DNA of 64,000 nt from Mobula hypostoma (taxonomy: Eukaryota): contig NC_086097.1 of the NCBI RefSeq assembly GCF_963921235.1, forward strand, positions 37,574,001-37,638,000, in the 5' to 3' direction. Of the stretch, positions 12,850 to 23,264 are shown one piece after another (positions within the stretch are counted from its first letter, which is position 1; each line of letters begins with the position of its first letter). The translations under genes were made by a program, and so were the position numbers. The notes under the pieces are model-generated. The model had not been told where the DNA came from. It ran no database searches and saw only the letters and a program-made list of their open reading frames with translations.

Positions 12850-14340
12850 TGAGAGGCAGGATTTTTGAACATTTGGAGAGGCATAATTTGATTAGGAATA
12901 GTCAGCATGGCTTTGTCAAAGGCAGGTCACGGCTTATGAGCTTGATTGAATTTTTTGAGGATGTGACTAAACACGTTGATGAAGGAAGAGCAGCAGATGT
13001 AATGTATATGGATTTCAGTAAGGCATTTGATAAGGTACCCCATGCAAGGCTTATTGAGAAAGTAAGGAGACATGGGAATCTTGCTTTGTAGATCTAGAAT
13101 TGGCTTGCCCACAGAAGGCAAAGAGTAATTGTAGACAGGTTAAATTCTGCATGGAAGTTGGTGACCAGTGGGGTGCCTCAGGGATCTTTTCTGGGACCCT
13201 TACTCTTTGTGATTTTTATAAATGACCTGGATGCAGAAGTGGCGGGGTGGGTTAGTAAATTTGCTGATGACACAAAGGTTGAGGATAGTGTGGAGGGCTA
13301 CAGCGGGAGGTTACAGCAGGACATCGATAGGATGCAAAACTGGGCTGAGAAGTGACAAATGGAGTTCAACCCAGATAAGTGTGAGGTGGTTCATTTTGGT
13401 ACGTCAAATATGATGGCAGAATATTTAGATTATGAAGACACATAGTCCTCTTTTATTGTCATTTAGTAATACATGCATTAAGAAATGATACATTATTTCC
13501 TCCGGTGTGATATCACAAAACACAGGACAGACCAAGACTGAAAAAACTGACAAAACCACATAATTATAACATATAGTTACAACAGTGCAACAATACCATA
13601 ACGATGAAGAAATCCATGAGCACAGTAAAGTTCAAAGTTTCTCAAATGTCCCACATCAATATAGTATTAATGGTAAGACTCTTGGCAGTGTGGAGGATCA
13701 TAGGACACTCAAAACTGCTGTGCAGGTTGACTCTGTGGTTAAGAAGGCCTTCATCAACCATGGGATTGAGGTTAAGAGCCAAGAGGTAATTTTACAGCTA
13801 TATTGGACCCTGGTCAGTCCCCACTTGGAGTACTGTGCTCATTTCTGGTCATCTCACTACAGGGAGGGTGCTGAGGAGATTTACAAGGGTGTTGTCTGGA
13901 TTGGGGAGCATGCCTTATGAGAACAGGTTGAGTGAACACAGCCTTTTCTCCTTGGAGCGGCGGAGGATGAGAGGTGACCTGATAGGGGTGTATAAGATGA
14001 TGAGAGGCATTGATCGTGTGGGTAGTCAGAGGCTTTTTCCCAGGGCTGAAATGGCTAGCACAAGAAGGCACAGTTTTAAGGTGTTTGGAAGTAGGTACAG
14101 AGGAGATGTTGGGTAAGTTTTTTTACGCAGAGAGTGGTGAGTGTGTGGAATGAGCTGCTGACAACGGTTGTGGAGGCAGATACAATAGGGTCTTTTAAGA
14201 GACTCCTGGATAGGTACATGGAGCTTAGAAAAATAGAGGGTTATGGGTAACCCTAGATAATTTCTAAAGTGGGTACATGTCGGCACAGCATTGTGGGCCA
14301 AAGGGCCTCTATTGTGCTATAGGTTTTCTATGTTTCTATT
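12850..14340 (+). mobile_element. CR1 LINE (second family), degenerate, interrupted at 13425-13657
   Basis: ORFs 12873-13091 (SQHGFVKGRS..DFSKAFDKVPH), 13158-13355 (VPQGSFLGP..KFADDTK), 13835-14116; tail TTTTCTATGTTTCTAT. Confidence 0.9.
13425..13657 (-). mobile_element. 3' part of a non-autonomous retroposon (family of 21058-21655) inserted in CR1
   Basis: Reverse complement matches the 21450-21650 tail (CTAAATGACAATAAAAGAGGACT); AATAT duplicated at 13420-13424 and 13658-13662. Confidence 0.8.
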
Positions 14341-15627
14341 CCAAAGATGTTGGTAATCAAGTCACATGGATGCAATTAGGCAGCTTGGGCTCATTGGGCT
14401 GGAAGGGCCTGTTAACATGCTGTGTTGCTAAATTAATAAATATTAAGTTGTTAACATATGCCTGAATTCGAGCTCAGTGCTTCACCTTTTCAAAACATGA
14501 ACTCGGATAGAATCCAGCGGGATGATAATTCTGGATTAGTGCTTAGCTTCTTACAAAAGTTGCTCTGATGCTAAGATCCTTCCACTGAATGATGGTTGGA
14601 TTCAAGAAGTAATCCAATCGGATAACAGCCAGACCATATGTTTCTTGGCAGCTTTGTGCTAAGCCAATCAATAATCACTATGAAAAGGCCGAAGGCACTT
14701 CATTTTCTGCACACACTGACTGTTGATCAACAGTCCCAGAGCAGCTACAGTATAACATACCACTTGACTTCAGCATACAGTAAGCTTTCCCCTCTTCATT
14801 CAATCAAAATAGCTTCTGGGCAATTCCTAAATTCATTACCATTTTTTAAATGAACATGATATAGAAACTGAATTTTTATCAAAGTTGCTTTGATTTGGAA
14901 CAGTCTGAGTGTAAGCAAGAGGAGAACTGAATAGAAGAGTTAAACTAGTTGGGAAGAGGTGATTAATGTGAAAAAAAACACATTATTTAAAAATACTCAG
15001 TAGGGTGTTAACATCTGTAGAGAGTGAAACAGCATTAATGTTTCAGGTCAATGAACTGATAAAATGTCATTGATCTGAAGTTTTGTTTATCTATCTATCT
15101 ATCTGTCTGTCTGTCTATTCACTTAGAGGTACAGTATGCTAACAGGCATGCTGCCCAATTACACCCACGTGATCAATTAACCTAATAACCCAAATGTCTC
15201 AAGTTCGCCAGCACCTCCTCTTTTGTACGGTGGATATTGTCCAAGATCTTATTATTCTCTTCCCTGAATTCCCTAGCTTACATGACCTTCTCCATGATAA
15301 GTACAGAGTGAGAAACATTCCACAACTTCACCCATTTCCTGTACAAATAACAAAATATCTCACTATACAATGTTCGGTTCATAAGTTTCCTTCTTAATAA
15401 CAGAGCAATTCTCTCTGTGGTATGCTTCTTGTAAATAGAGCACAGATAAATGGAAGCCTGTATTAAAAGAAGGAACAGGAAGGAAAATTTAAAAGCAAAT
15501 AATTTTGAAGGATATAAAAGAATAAAAGTAGAATGTAACTCCAGTTTAACTTTAGCATTTTTTCGGAAATGTGATATGCAAGGATACGCTTGACCTAGAA
15601 AAGGTCTCTTAAAAATATACCCAAATA

Positions 15628-16215
15628 ATTTAAGAGCCGAGAGGTAATGTTGCAGCTATATAGGACCTTGATCAGACTCCACTTGGAGTATTGTGTTCAG
15701 TTCTGGTCGCCTCACTACAGGAAGGACGTGGAAACCATAGAAAGGGTACAGAGGAGATTTGCAAGGATGTTGCCTGGATTGGGGAGAATGCCTTATGAGA
15801 ATAGGTTGAGTGAACTCAGCCTTTTCTCCTTGGAGCGACAGAGGATGAGAGGTGACCTGATAGACGTGTACAAGATAATGAGAGGCATTGATTGTGTGGA
15901 TAGTCAGAGGCTTTTTCCCAGGGCTGAAATGGCTAGCACGAGAGGGCATAGTTTTAAGGTGCTTGGCAGCAAGTACAGAGTAATGTCAGAGGTAAGTTTT
16001 TTTATGCAGAGAGTGGTGAGTGCGTGGAATGGGCTGTCAGCGGCGGTGGTGGAAGTGGAAACAATAGGGTCTTTTAAGAGACTCCTGGACAGGTACATGG
16101 AGCTAAGAAAAATAGAGGGCTATGGGTAGGCCTAGGTAGTTCTAAGGTAAGTACATGTGTAGCACAGCTTTGTGGGCTGAAGGCCTGTATTGTGCTGTAG
16201 GTTTTCTATGTTTCA
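15628..16215 (+). mobile_element. CR1 LINE 3' fragment (second family)
   Basis: ORF 15647-16129 LQLYRTLIRLHLEYCVQFWSPHYRKD..RGDLI; tail TTTTCTATGTTTC. Confidence 0.92.
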
Positions 16216-16404
16216 ACATAAAAGCATATCTCTGCAGATGCTGGAAATCTGAAATATAAAAAGAACAGTTTGAAAATACTCAGCATATGTGGTAAAAGAA
16301 TCTGAGTTAATTTTTCAGGTCAACGAGCTTTCACTAGAGTTGTTCTGATCCAAATTGCAGTACTTGTAGTGGGTTGTATGAGTAGGGTGCAGGCTAGGTG
16401 AAAG

Positions 16405-16860
16405 AAATGAATTGAATTGACTTTATTACTTACCTCTTTCATATACATGAGGAGTAATAATTTTTACATTACATCTCTGCCTAAATGTGCAATGTGCAAT
16501 TTATAGTAATTTATAATAAATAGTATGTGCAACAGGACAGTCAATATAACATAGAAATACAGTTGAGTCAGCATGAATTGAGCTGTCTGATGGCTTGGTG
16601 AAGGAAGCTGTTCCGGAGCCTGTTGGTTCTGGATTTTATGCTGTGGTACTGTTTCCCGGATGGTAACAGTTTGTGGTTGGGGGGACCCGGGTCCCCAGTG
16701 ATCCTTCCACTCTTTTTACACACTTGTCTTTGTAAATGTGGGAAGTTCACATCTACAGATCTGCTGGGCTGCCCGCACCACTCTGTGCAGAGCCCTACGA
16801 TTGAGGGAAGTACAGTTCCCATACCAGTCAGGATGCACTCAATTGTGCCCCTATAGAAAA
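16405..16860 (-). mobile_element. Rex1-like LINE 3' end
   Basis: Minus ORF 16568-16822 ends LPSGKQYHSIKSRTNRLRNSFLHQAIRQLN; (AATTG)n tail near 16410. Confidence 0.75.
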
Positions 16861-17494
16861 TTATGCATTAAAAGAGATAATAAAGTTTGTTCTAGGTTTC
16901 ATGTAGAAAGTTTGACCTGTCATTGTATAAATCAACATCGACAATTTTATGAACAGTGTTAAGTGTTTTAAAGTATATAAGACTACTGAATATTTCCCTA
17001 GTAAAATAAGATTGATTTTTTGATCTCACAAACTACCTCGTGGTGATCTTGCATCTTGCTGTCTATCTGTCCGGTACATTCCCTACACTCTAACACTTTA
17101 TTTGGCATTCTGTTATTGTTTTCTCTTATACTACCTCGATGCATCATTGTAATGAATTGACCTGTATTGATGGTATGCAAGACAAGCTTTTCACTTTACC
17201 AATTTACCTATTCACCATAGGTCCTGAAGTATACTTGATTCAATCTACTTGGAAAAAATGTTTTCACCTCTCCTTCCAAGTATTCCAAAGGCAACATTGT
17301 GTCATTAAACTCCGTACTCAAGAATCTTTTTGCTTAACTTTCAAGTGTTCTATAGTGATATGAAATGTTATTAACTGTCTTTGAGCAGTACGTTAAGCAA
17401 AAAAATCATATTTTGAAATTTGCCATTAATTTTTTTAAAAAACACTCTCTGGTTGTTGAAGGGAAAGTCATGTTTAAAAATTATAATCTAACAT

Positions 17495-18435
17495 CATTCG
17501 ACAAGTATGTGAAAAGCAAGAGGATAAGATGTGAGAGAGTGGGACCAATCAAGTGTGACAGTGGAAAAGTGTGTATGGAACCGGAGGAAGTAGCGGAGGC
17601 ACTTAATGAATACTTTGCTTCAGTATTCACTATGGAAAAGGACCTTGGCAATTGTAGGGATGACTTACAATGGACTGAAAAGCTTGAGCATATAGACATT
17701 AAGAAAGGGGATGTGCTGGAGCTTCTGGAGAGCATCAAGTTGGATAAGTCACCGGGACCGGACGAGATATACCCCAGGCTACTGTGAGAAGCGAGGGAGG
17801 AGATTGCTGAGCCTCTGACAATGATCTTTGCATCATCAATGGGGATGGGAGAGGTTCTGGAGGATTGTAAGGTTGCAAATGTTGTTCCCTTATTCAAAAA
17901 ATGGAGTAGAGGTAGCCCAGGAAATTATAGACCAGTGAGTCTTACTTCAGTGGTTGGTAAGTTGATGGAGAAGATCCTGAAAGGTAGGATTTATGAACAT
18001 TTGGAGAGGCATAATATGATTAGGAATAGTCAGGATGTGACTAAACACATCGATGAAGGTAGAGCAGTAGATGTAGGGTATATGGATTTCAGCAAGGCAT
18101 TTGATAAGGTACCTCATACAACGCTTATTGAGAATGTAAGGAGGCATGGGATCCAAGGGGACCTTGCTTTGTGGGTCTAGAATTGGCTTGCCCACAGAAG
18201 GCAAAGAGTAATTGTAGACAGAGAGTGGTGAGTGTGTGGTATAGGCTGCCAGCGAAGGTGGTGGAGGTGGATAGAATAGGGTCTTTTAAGAGACTCCTGG
18301 ACTGGAACATGGAGCTTAGAAAAATAGGGGGCTATGGATAACCTGAGATAATTTCTAAAGTAAGTACATGTTCAGCACAGCATTGTGGGCTGAGGGGCCT
18401 GTATTGTGCTGTAGGTTTTCTATGTTCTATGTACT
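17495..18435 (+). mobile_element. CR1 LINE (second family) with internal deletions
   Basis: KYVKSKR..LNEYFASVFT..KSPGPDEIYPRLL and ANVVPLFKK..GNYRPVSLTSVVGK; jumps near 18031 and 18220 directly into the 3' end. Confidence 0.9.
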
Positions 18436-19084
18436 AACATGCTAGGAATTCTCATTGTTAGACAAATGACTGCTCAGACCTTACAGTGATAATGTTAATG
18501 GTTTGAAACTATGGATAATAAGAGTGCTGCCAAATTGATTTAGGAACTTTCTTTGAGTTCTGAGAATGGAAAATATATCACATCACCTAGAAGGGTAAAA
18601 TATGCCCCTTCTTAAGGTTATTGTTTTATATTTCCGTAACTCCAAAGTTATTATTCTTCTTGTTTTACTCAGGAAGATAGTTTTAATACTAAATAGAACC
18701 TAATTTATACTTCTGATTATGTATTTTTAAAATATTATGCATGAATTTTTAATGAAATAATGCAATAATAATGTGCTCGTAATGTTTGAATTGTGTGTCT
18801 AAAGTTTGGATATTATTTCCTTTGTAAGAACTGGTATTAAGAGTATTCTAACTGAAATGAACATTGCATCATTTGCCACAATTCAATTACACACTTAGAA
18901 CAAAGAAATTTGATAAAGTAAATGCCCATGGGAAATAACAATTTATTTTTATATTTCATGGACAATTGTACCATGAAACTCACAAATAACAATACAGGCA
19001 CAAAGACATAGCCTCTGATTTGATATGGTATGACTGTAATGGTATTATAATGCTGTATTAGAATGTCAAAACTGATTTAACCAA

Positions 19085-19254
19085 TCAGCTGTTTGCTGTC
19101 TTAACAGATGCCATCAAACAGAAGATGACTAAGATGGAGAAGAATTTAAAGAATAAATCCGAGTAGATCTGACTAAGTCGGGCGGTGAGATCATTCCAGA
19201 TTTGATGTGGCAGCAGCAAAGATTTCAAAGGGCCAGAAGCATTGAACATCTGGC
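19085..19254 (-). CDS. Candidate terminal coding exon with hydrophobic C-terminal stretch (unidentified gene)
   Basis: Acceptor tttctgttgcctacggttttactgcag|G. The phase-1 frame is open for 55 codons (QMFNASGPLKSLLLPHQIWNDLTARLSQIYSDLFFKFFSILVIFCLMASVKTANS*). Minus-strand AATAAA at 18947-18942. Confidence 0.25.
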
Positions 19255-19995
19255 CTGCAGTAAAACCGTAGGCAACAGAAACCTACTGTTGTCATTTCTG
19301 CAACTGCTGGTGTGTTTGTTAAACTAAGCCTTAAACTTATTTCTGTTACGTAGTGGTAATGTTGTATCAATAAAATAATACTTTGAAGGCTTGCTCAAAT
19401 ACTTAAAGTTCTGCCCACGTTAACTGCATCTACAATAGTAGAAGGGAACTCTGGAGGAACTCAGCAGGTTAGGTGGCACTGGGCAAGTATATGGTAACAC
19501 CTAACCTTCAGTCAGTAAAACTTCATCCATATGTCCCAAGCAAGCATAATGTTGTATATACATTTTTATATAGTCTCTAAAGGAAGCAGACTCAGGAATG
19601 TGGTATGAACAAGCTTTGGCATACTTGCAGCAATAGATTCAGGAAAAACATAATCTTTAGAGTTTTTTTATTGTTTACTCATTAATTCTTTCAAATAGTA
19701 GCGTCAAAATCAGAAGAAAAGTTATTTCATTATTCCCAGAGAAAGTAAAGAACAAGAAATACATAGATTTGATGTGTCAGCAATAGAAATATCTCAGCAG
19801 AAGTATTCTTACTGGCATCTGTCAGGCACTGGATTTCTATTTGGATTCACATTCATTAATAATAGGTACCAGTAAGATAGCAGCATGCTTGGATACAGCA
19901 GCTTCTATGAGGTCAGCCATTGTCTTTTTAAACATATTTTTTATGATCACAAGGACCTCCTGGGCATAAAGAACTTCAAGTGTTGCAGGTCTTAC

Positions 19996-20063
19996 CCCAT
20001 CAGCGATACTCTCATTGGCAGAGAAACTGAAAGAGCAGGACTTGGTGCGCACTGTGGTACTGT
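19996..20063 (-). CDS. Candidate 68-nt internal exon of an unidentified minus-strand gene
   Basis: Consensus branch point CACTAAC (20085-20079), tract acttctctgtcatag, donor GGG|GTAAGA; two frames open (STTVRTKSCSFSFSANESIADG or TVPQCAPSPALSVSLPMRVSLM). Confidence 0.45.
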
Positions 20064-20204
20064 CTATGACAGAGAAGTGTTAGTGCACAAAGGAGGTGTG
20101 CAGTCTAACAGTGAGTAATCATCTTTGTTGCTTTTCTTGTGATCACTAGACCCAGTTGCACATTGATGTTGTGGAACGTTGCAAGTCCAATTCATTGGTT
20201 TATT

Positions 20205-20306
20205 GGTGGATGGCAGGGGTGGATGGCAGGGGTGGATGGCGGGGGTGGATGGCGGGGGGTGGATGGCGGGGGTGGATGGCGGGGGTGGATGGCGGGGTGG
20301 ATGGCA
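20205..20306 (+). repeat. G-rich minisatellite, 8 copies of about 13 bp GGGGTGGATGGC(A/G)
   Basis: Read directly from the sequence. Confidence 0.95.
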
Positions 20307-21057
20307 GAGGAGCTGAGTTGCTTTGGTCGTGGTTAAGACTGTGCCTCAAGCCGTGGTGTCACCTATTTGCAGCCAGTCAGGGGGAGGCATTCGAGTCAGA
20401 CACTCCACCAAAATGCCTGAGGCAGTGTGGATGGCATTCATGCTGGAGTTGGTGCACCCCCCCCCCCCCGTTCACTTGGCAGAAAATAAACTGTATTGGG
20501 CTTAAATGCAGACTGCAAAATTCATGGGCTGAAGGATTTGGACTATATTTTTTTGTGTGACTGTATTTTACTCCTATCTTATATGTGCTATATGTATCTT
20601 GTGTTGTGTGTGACTGTTGGTACTGTGTTTTGCACCTTGGTCCTGGAGTAATGCTGTTTCATTTGGCTTTATTCATTGGTGTTCATGTACGGTTGGATGA
20701 CAATTAAACTGGAAGTTGAAATTGAAAAGGTATACTCCCTACAATAGAAACTAATTGCAGACATGATATTTTCTGATACAGGCTTCTCTTAGAAACTAGG
20801 GATTGACCAGACTAACAATTTACCACCCACCAAATTACCTACATCCAGGAGATGCACAAATGCAACCTTCCTGGGTACAACCGGGTTTTAATTCTGCAAA
20901 ATGTGATATGAGTAATATGTCATGAAATAATGGGCTGAATCAAGCTGGATTTGACCTGCAGCCACTGGTTTTACATGCAGAGACTTACCTGGGGTCAGAT
21001 GCAATGGATAGATTGAGTTGCCCTTATGCTCCAAGAGGCTTTAGCATCAAATCTTCC

Positions 21058-21655
21058 CGGGAGGGGGGGAGAAGATGGCGGCGCGACGACAGTGGAACAT
21101 TTGGAAAACTTCTGAAATGCCTGCTTCACTGCCGCTGCTACTGTGTGGTAACTGGAATCTCTGGAGCTGAAGGCCCCGAAATCCTCGGCTTTGCGTGTTT
21201 CAGCGGCCGGGGAGAGGTCGAAAGCACTCGGCAGAGGATGGCGCTCGGGAGGCTGTATCAGAGAGGCTGGTCGGAAGCTTGGAGTTTTTGTACGGATGGA
21301 CTCAGTGTCGGCTGTGGTCAGTTGCTTCCAAGGTTTCGGCAAGTTGACGGTGCTTGGAGGTTTATGGCAGGGAGTTTCTCCCATTTGCTGCTGCTATCAG
21401 GGACTTGGGAGTCGATCGACTCGGGACTTTGAGACTTTTTTTTTACTGTGCCCATGGTCTGTTCTTCATCAAATTATGGTATTGCTTTGCACTGCTGTAA
21501 CTATATGTTATAGTTATGTGGTACTGTCAGTGTTAGTCTTTGGTCTGTCCTGTTTTCTGTGATATCACTCTGGAGAAACATTGTATCATTTATTAATGCA
21601 TGTATGCATTTCTAAATGACAATAAAAGAGGACTGAGTGTTCTCATAACCTATAT
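21058..21655 (+). mobile_element. Non-autonomous retroposon with CpG-rich AAGATGGCGGC head and LINE-like tail
   Basis: Starts GGGGGGAGAAGATGGCGGCGCGACG, CpG-rich body without a convincing ORF, tail shared with 13425-13657. Confidence 0.7.
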
Positions 21656-21788
21656 TAAAAAAATGGGACTTAGGTGGCAAAATGCTGAGGCTCTGCCTCG
21701 GGAAGTCTTGTTGCCTTTGACTGGAGGCAGGAAAAGGATTGGAGCATCATCAAGATGTAAGTTTTTAAATGTTTTTGATATTCGGAGA

Positions 21789-23264
21789 TAATGTAACCCC
21801 ACTTTTTAGGCTAATGTAACCCCACTTTTTAAAAAAGGAGGGAGAGAGAAACCGGGGAATTATAGGCCAGTTAGCCTAACGTCGGTGGTGGGGAAACTGC
21901 TGGAGTCAGTTATCAAGGATGTGATAACAGCACATTTGGAAAGCGGTGAAATGATCGGACAAAGTCAGCATGGATTTGTGAAAGGAAAATCATGTCTGAC
22001 GAATCTCATAGAATTTTTTGAGGATGTAACTAGTAGAGTGGATAGGGGAGAACCAGTGGATGTGGTATGTTTGGATTTTCAAAAGGCTTTTGACAAGGTC
22101 CCACACAGGAGATTAGTGTGCAAACTTAAAGCACACGGTATTGGGGGTAAGGTATTGGTGTGGGTGGAGAATTGGTTAGCAGACAGGAAGCAAAGAGTGG
22201 GAATAAACGGGACCTTTTCAGAATGGCAGGCGGTGACTAGTGGGGTACCGCAAGGCTCAGTGCTGGGACCCCAGTTGTTTACAATATATATTAATGACTT
22301 GGATGAGGGAATTAAATGCAGCATCTCCAAGTTTGCGGATGACACGAAGCTGGGTGGCAGTGTTAGCAGTGAAGAGGATGCTAAGAGGATGCAGGGTGAC
22401 TTGGATAGGTTGGGTGAGTGGGCAAACTCATGGCAGATGCAATTTAATGTGGATAAATGTGAAGTTATCCACTTTGGTGGCAAAAATAGGAAAACAGATT
22501 ATTATCTGAATGGTGGCCGATTAGGAAAAGGGGAGGTACAACGAGACCTGGGTGTCATTATACACCAGTCATTGAAAGTGGGCATGCAGGTACAGCAGGC
22601 GGTGAAAAAGGCGAATGGTATGCTGGCATTTATAGCGAGAGGATTCGAGTACAGGAGCAGGGAGGTACTACTGCAGTTGTACAAGGCCTTGGTGAGACCA
22701 CACCTGGAGTATTGTGTGCAGTTTTGGTCCCCTAATCTGAGGAAAGACATCTTTGCCATAGAGGGAGTACAAAGAAGGTTCACCAGATTGATTCCTGGGA
22801 TGGCAGGTCTTTCATATGAAGAAAGACTGGATGAACTGGGCTTGTACTCGTTGGAATTTAGAAGATTGAGGGGGGATCTGATTGAAACGTATAAGATCCT
22901 AAAGGGATTGGACAGGCTAGATGCGGGAAGATTGTTCCCGATGTTGGGGAGGTCCAGAACGAGGGGTCACAGTTTGAGGATAGAGGGGAAGCCTTTTAGG
23001 ACCGAGATTAGGAAAAACTTCTTCACACAGAGAGTGGTGAATCTGTGGAATTCTCTGCCACAGCAAACTGTTGAGGCCAGTTCATTGGCTATGTTTAAGA
23101 GGGAGTTAGATATGGCCCTTGTGGCTACAGGGGTCAGGGGGTATGGAGGGAAGGCTGGGTTTTGAGTTGGATGATCAGCCATGATCATAATAAATGGCGG
23201 TGCAGGCTCAAAGGGCCGAATGGCCTACTCCTGCACCTATTTTCTATGTTTCTATGTTTCTATG
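21789..23264 (+). mobile_element. Young 5'-truncated CR1 LINE with uninterrupted RT/C-terminal ORF
   Basis: ORF 21885-23165 (426 aa) with LDFQKAFD, PQGSVLGP and KFADDTK; (TTTCTATG)n tail; 20-bp duplication at the 5' junction. Confidence 0.97.

Noticed and set aside
14497..14662. Faint calponin-homology-like peptide across two frames
   Set aside because: Needs frameshifts and stops; the resemblance is subjective.
19837..20052. TKSCSFS resembles the SERCA2b tail as I recall it
   Set aside because: Only 7 residues match; no following TM helix and no P-type ATPase exons.
20139..20560. Gly/Trp-rich ORFs
   Set aside because: Produced by the 13-bp minisatellite.
20995..21562. Three overlapping 120-140 aa ORFs and CpG-island-like composition
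   Set aside because: They lie within a GC-rich retroposon whose tail recurs at 13425-13657; no domain recognisable.
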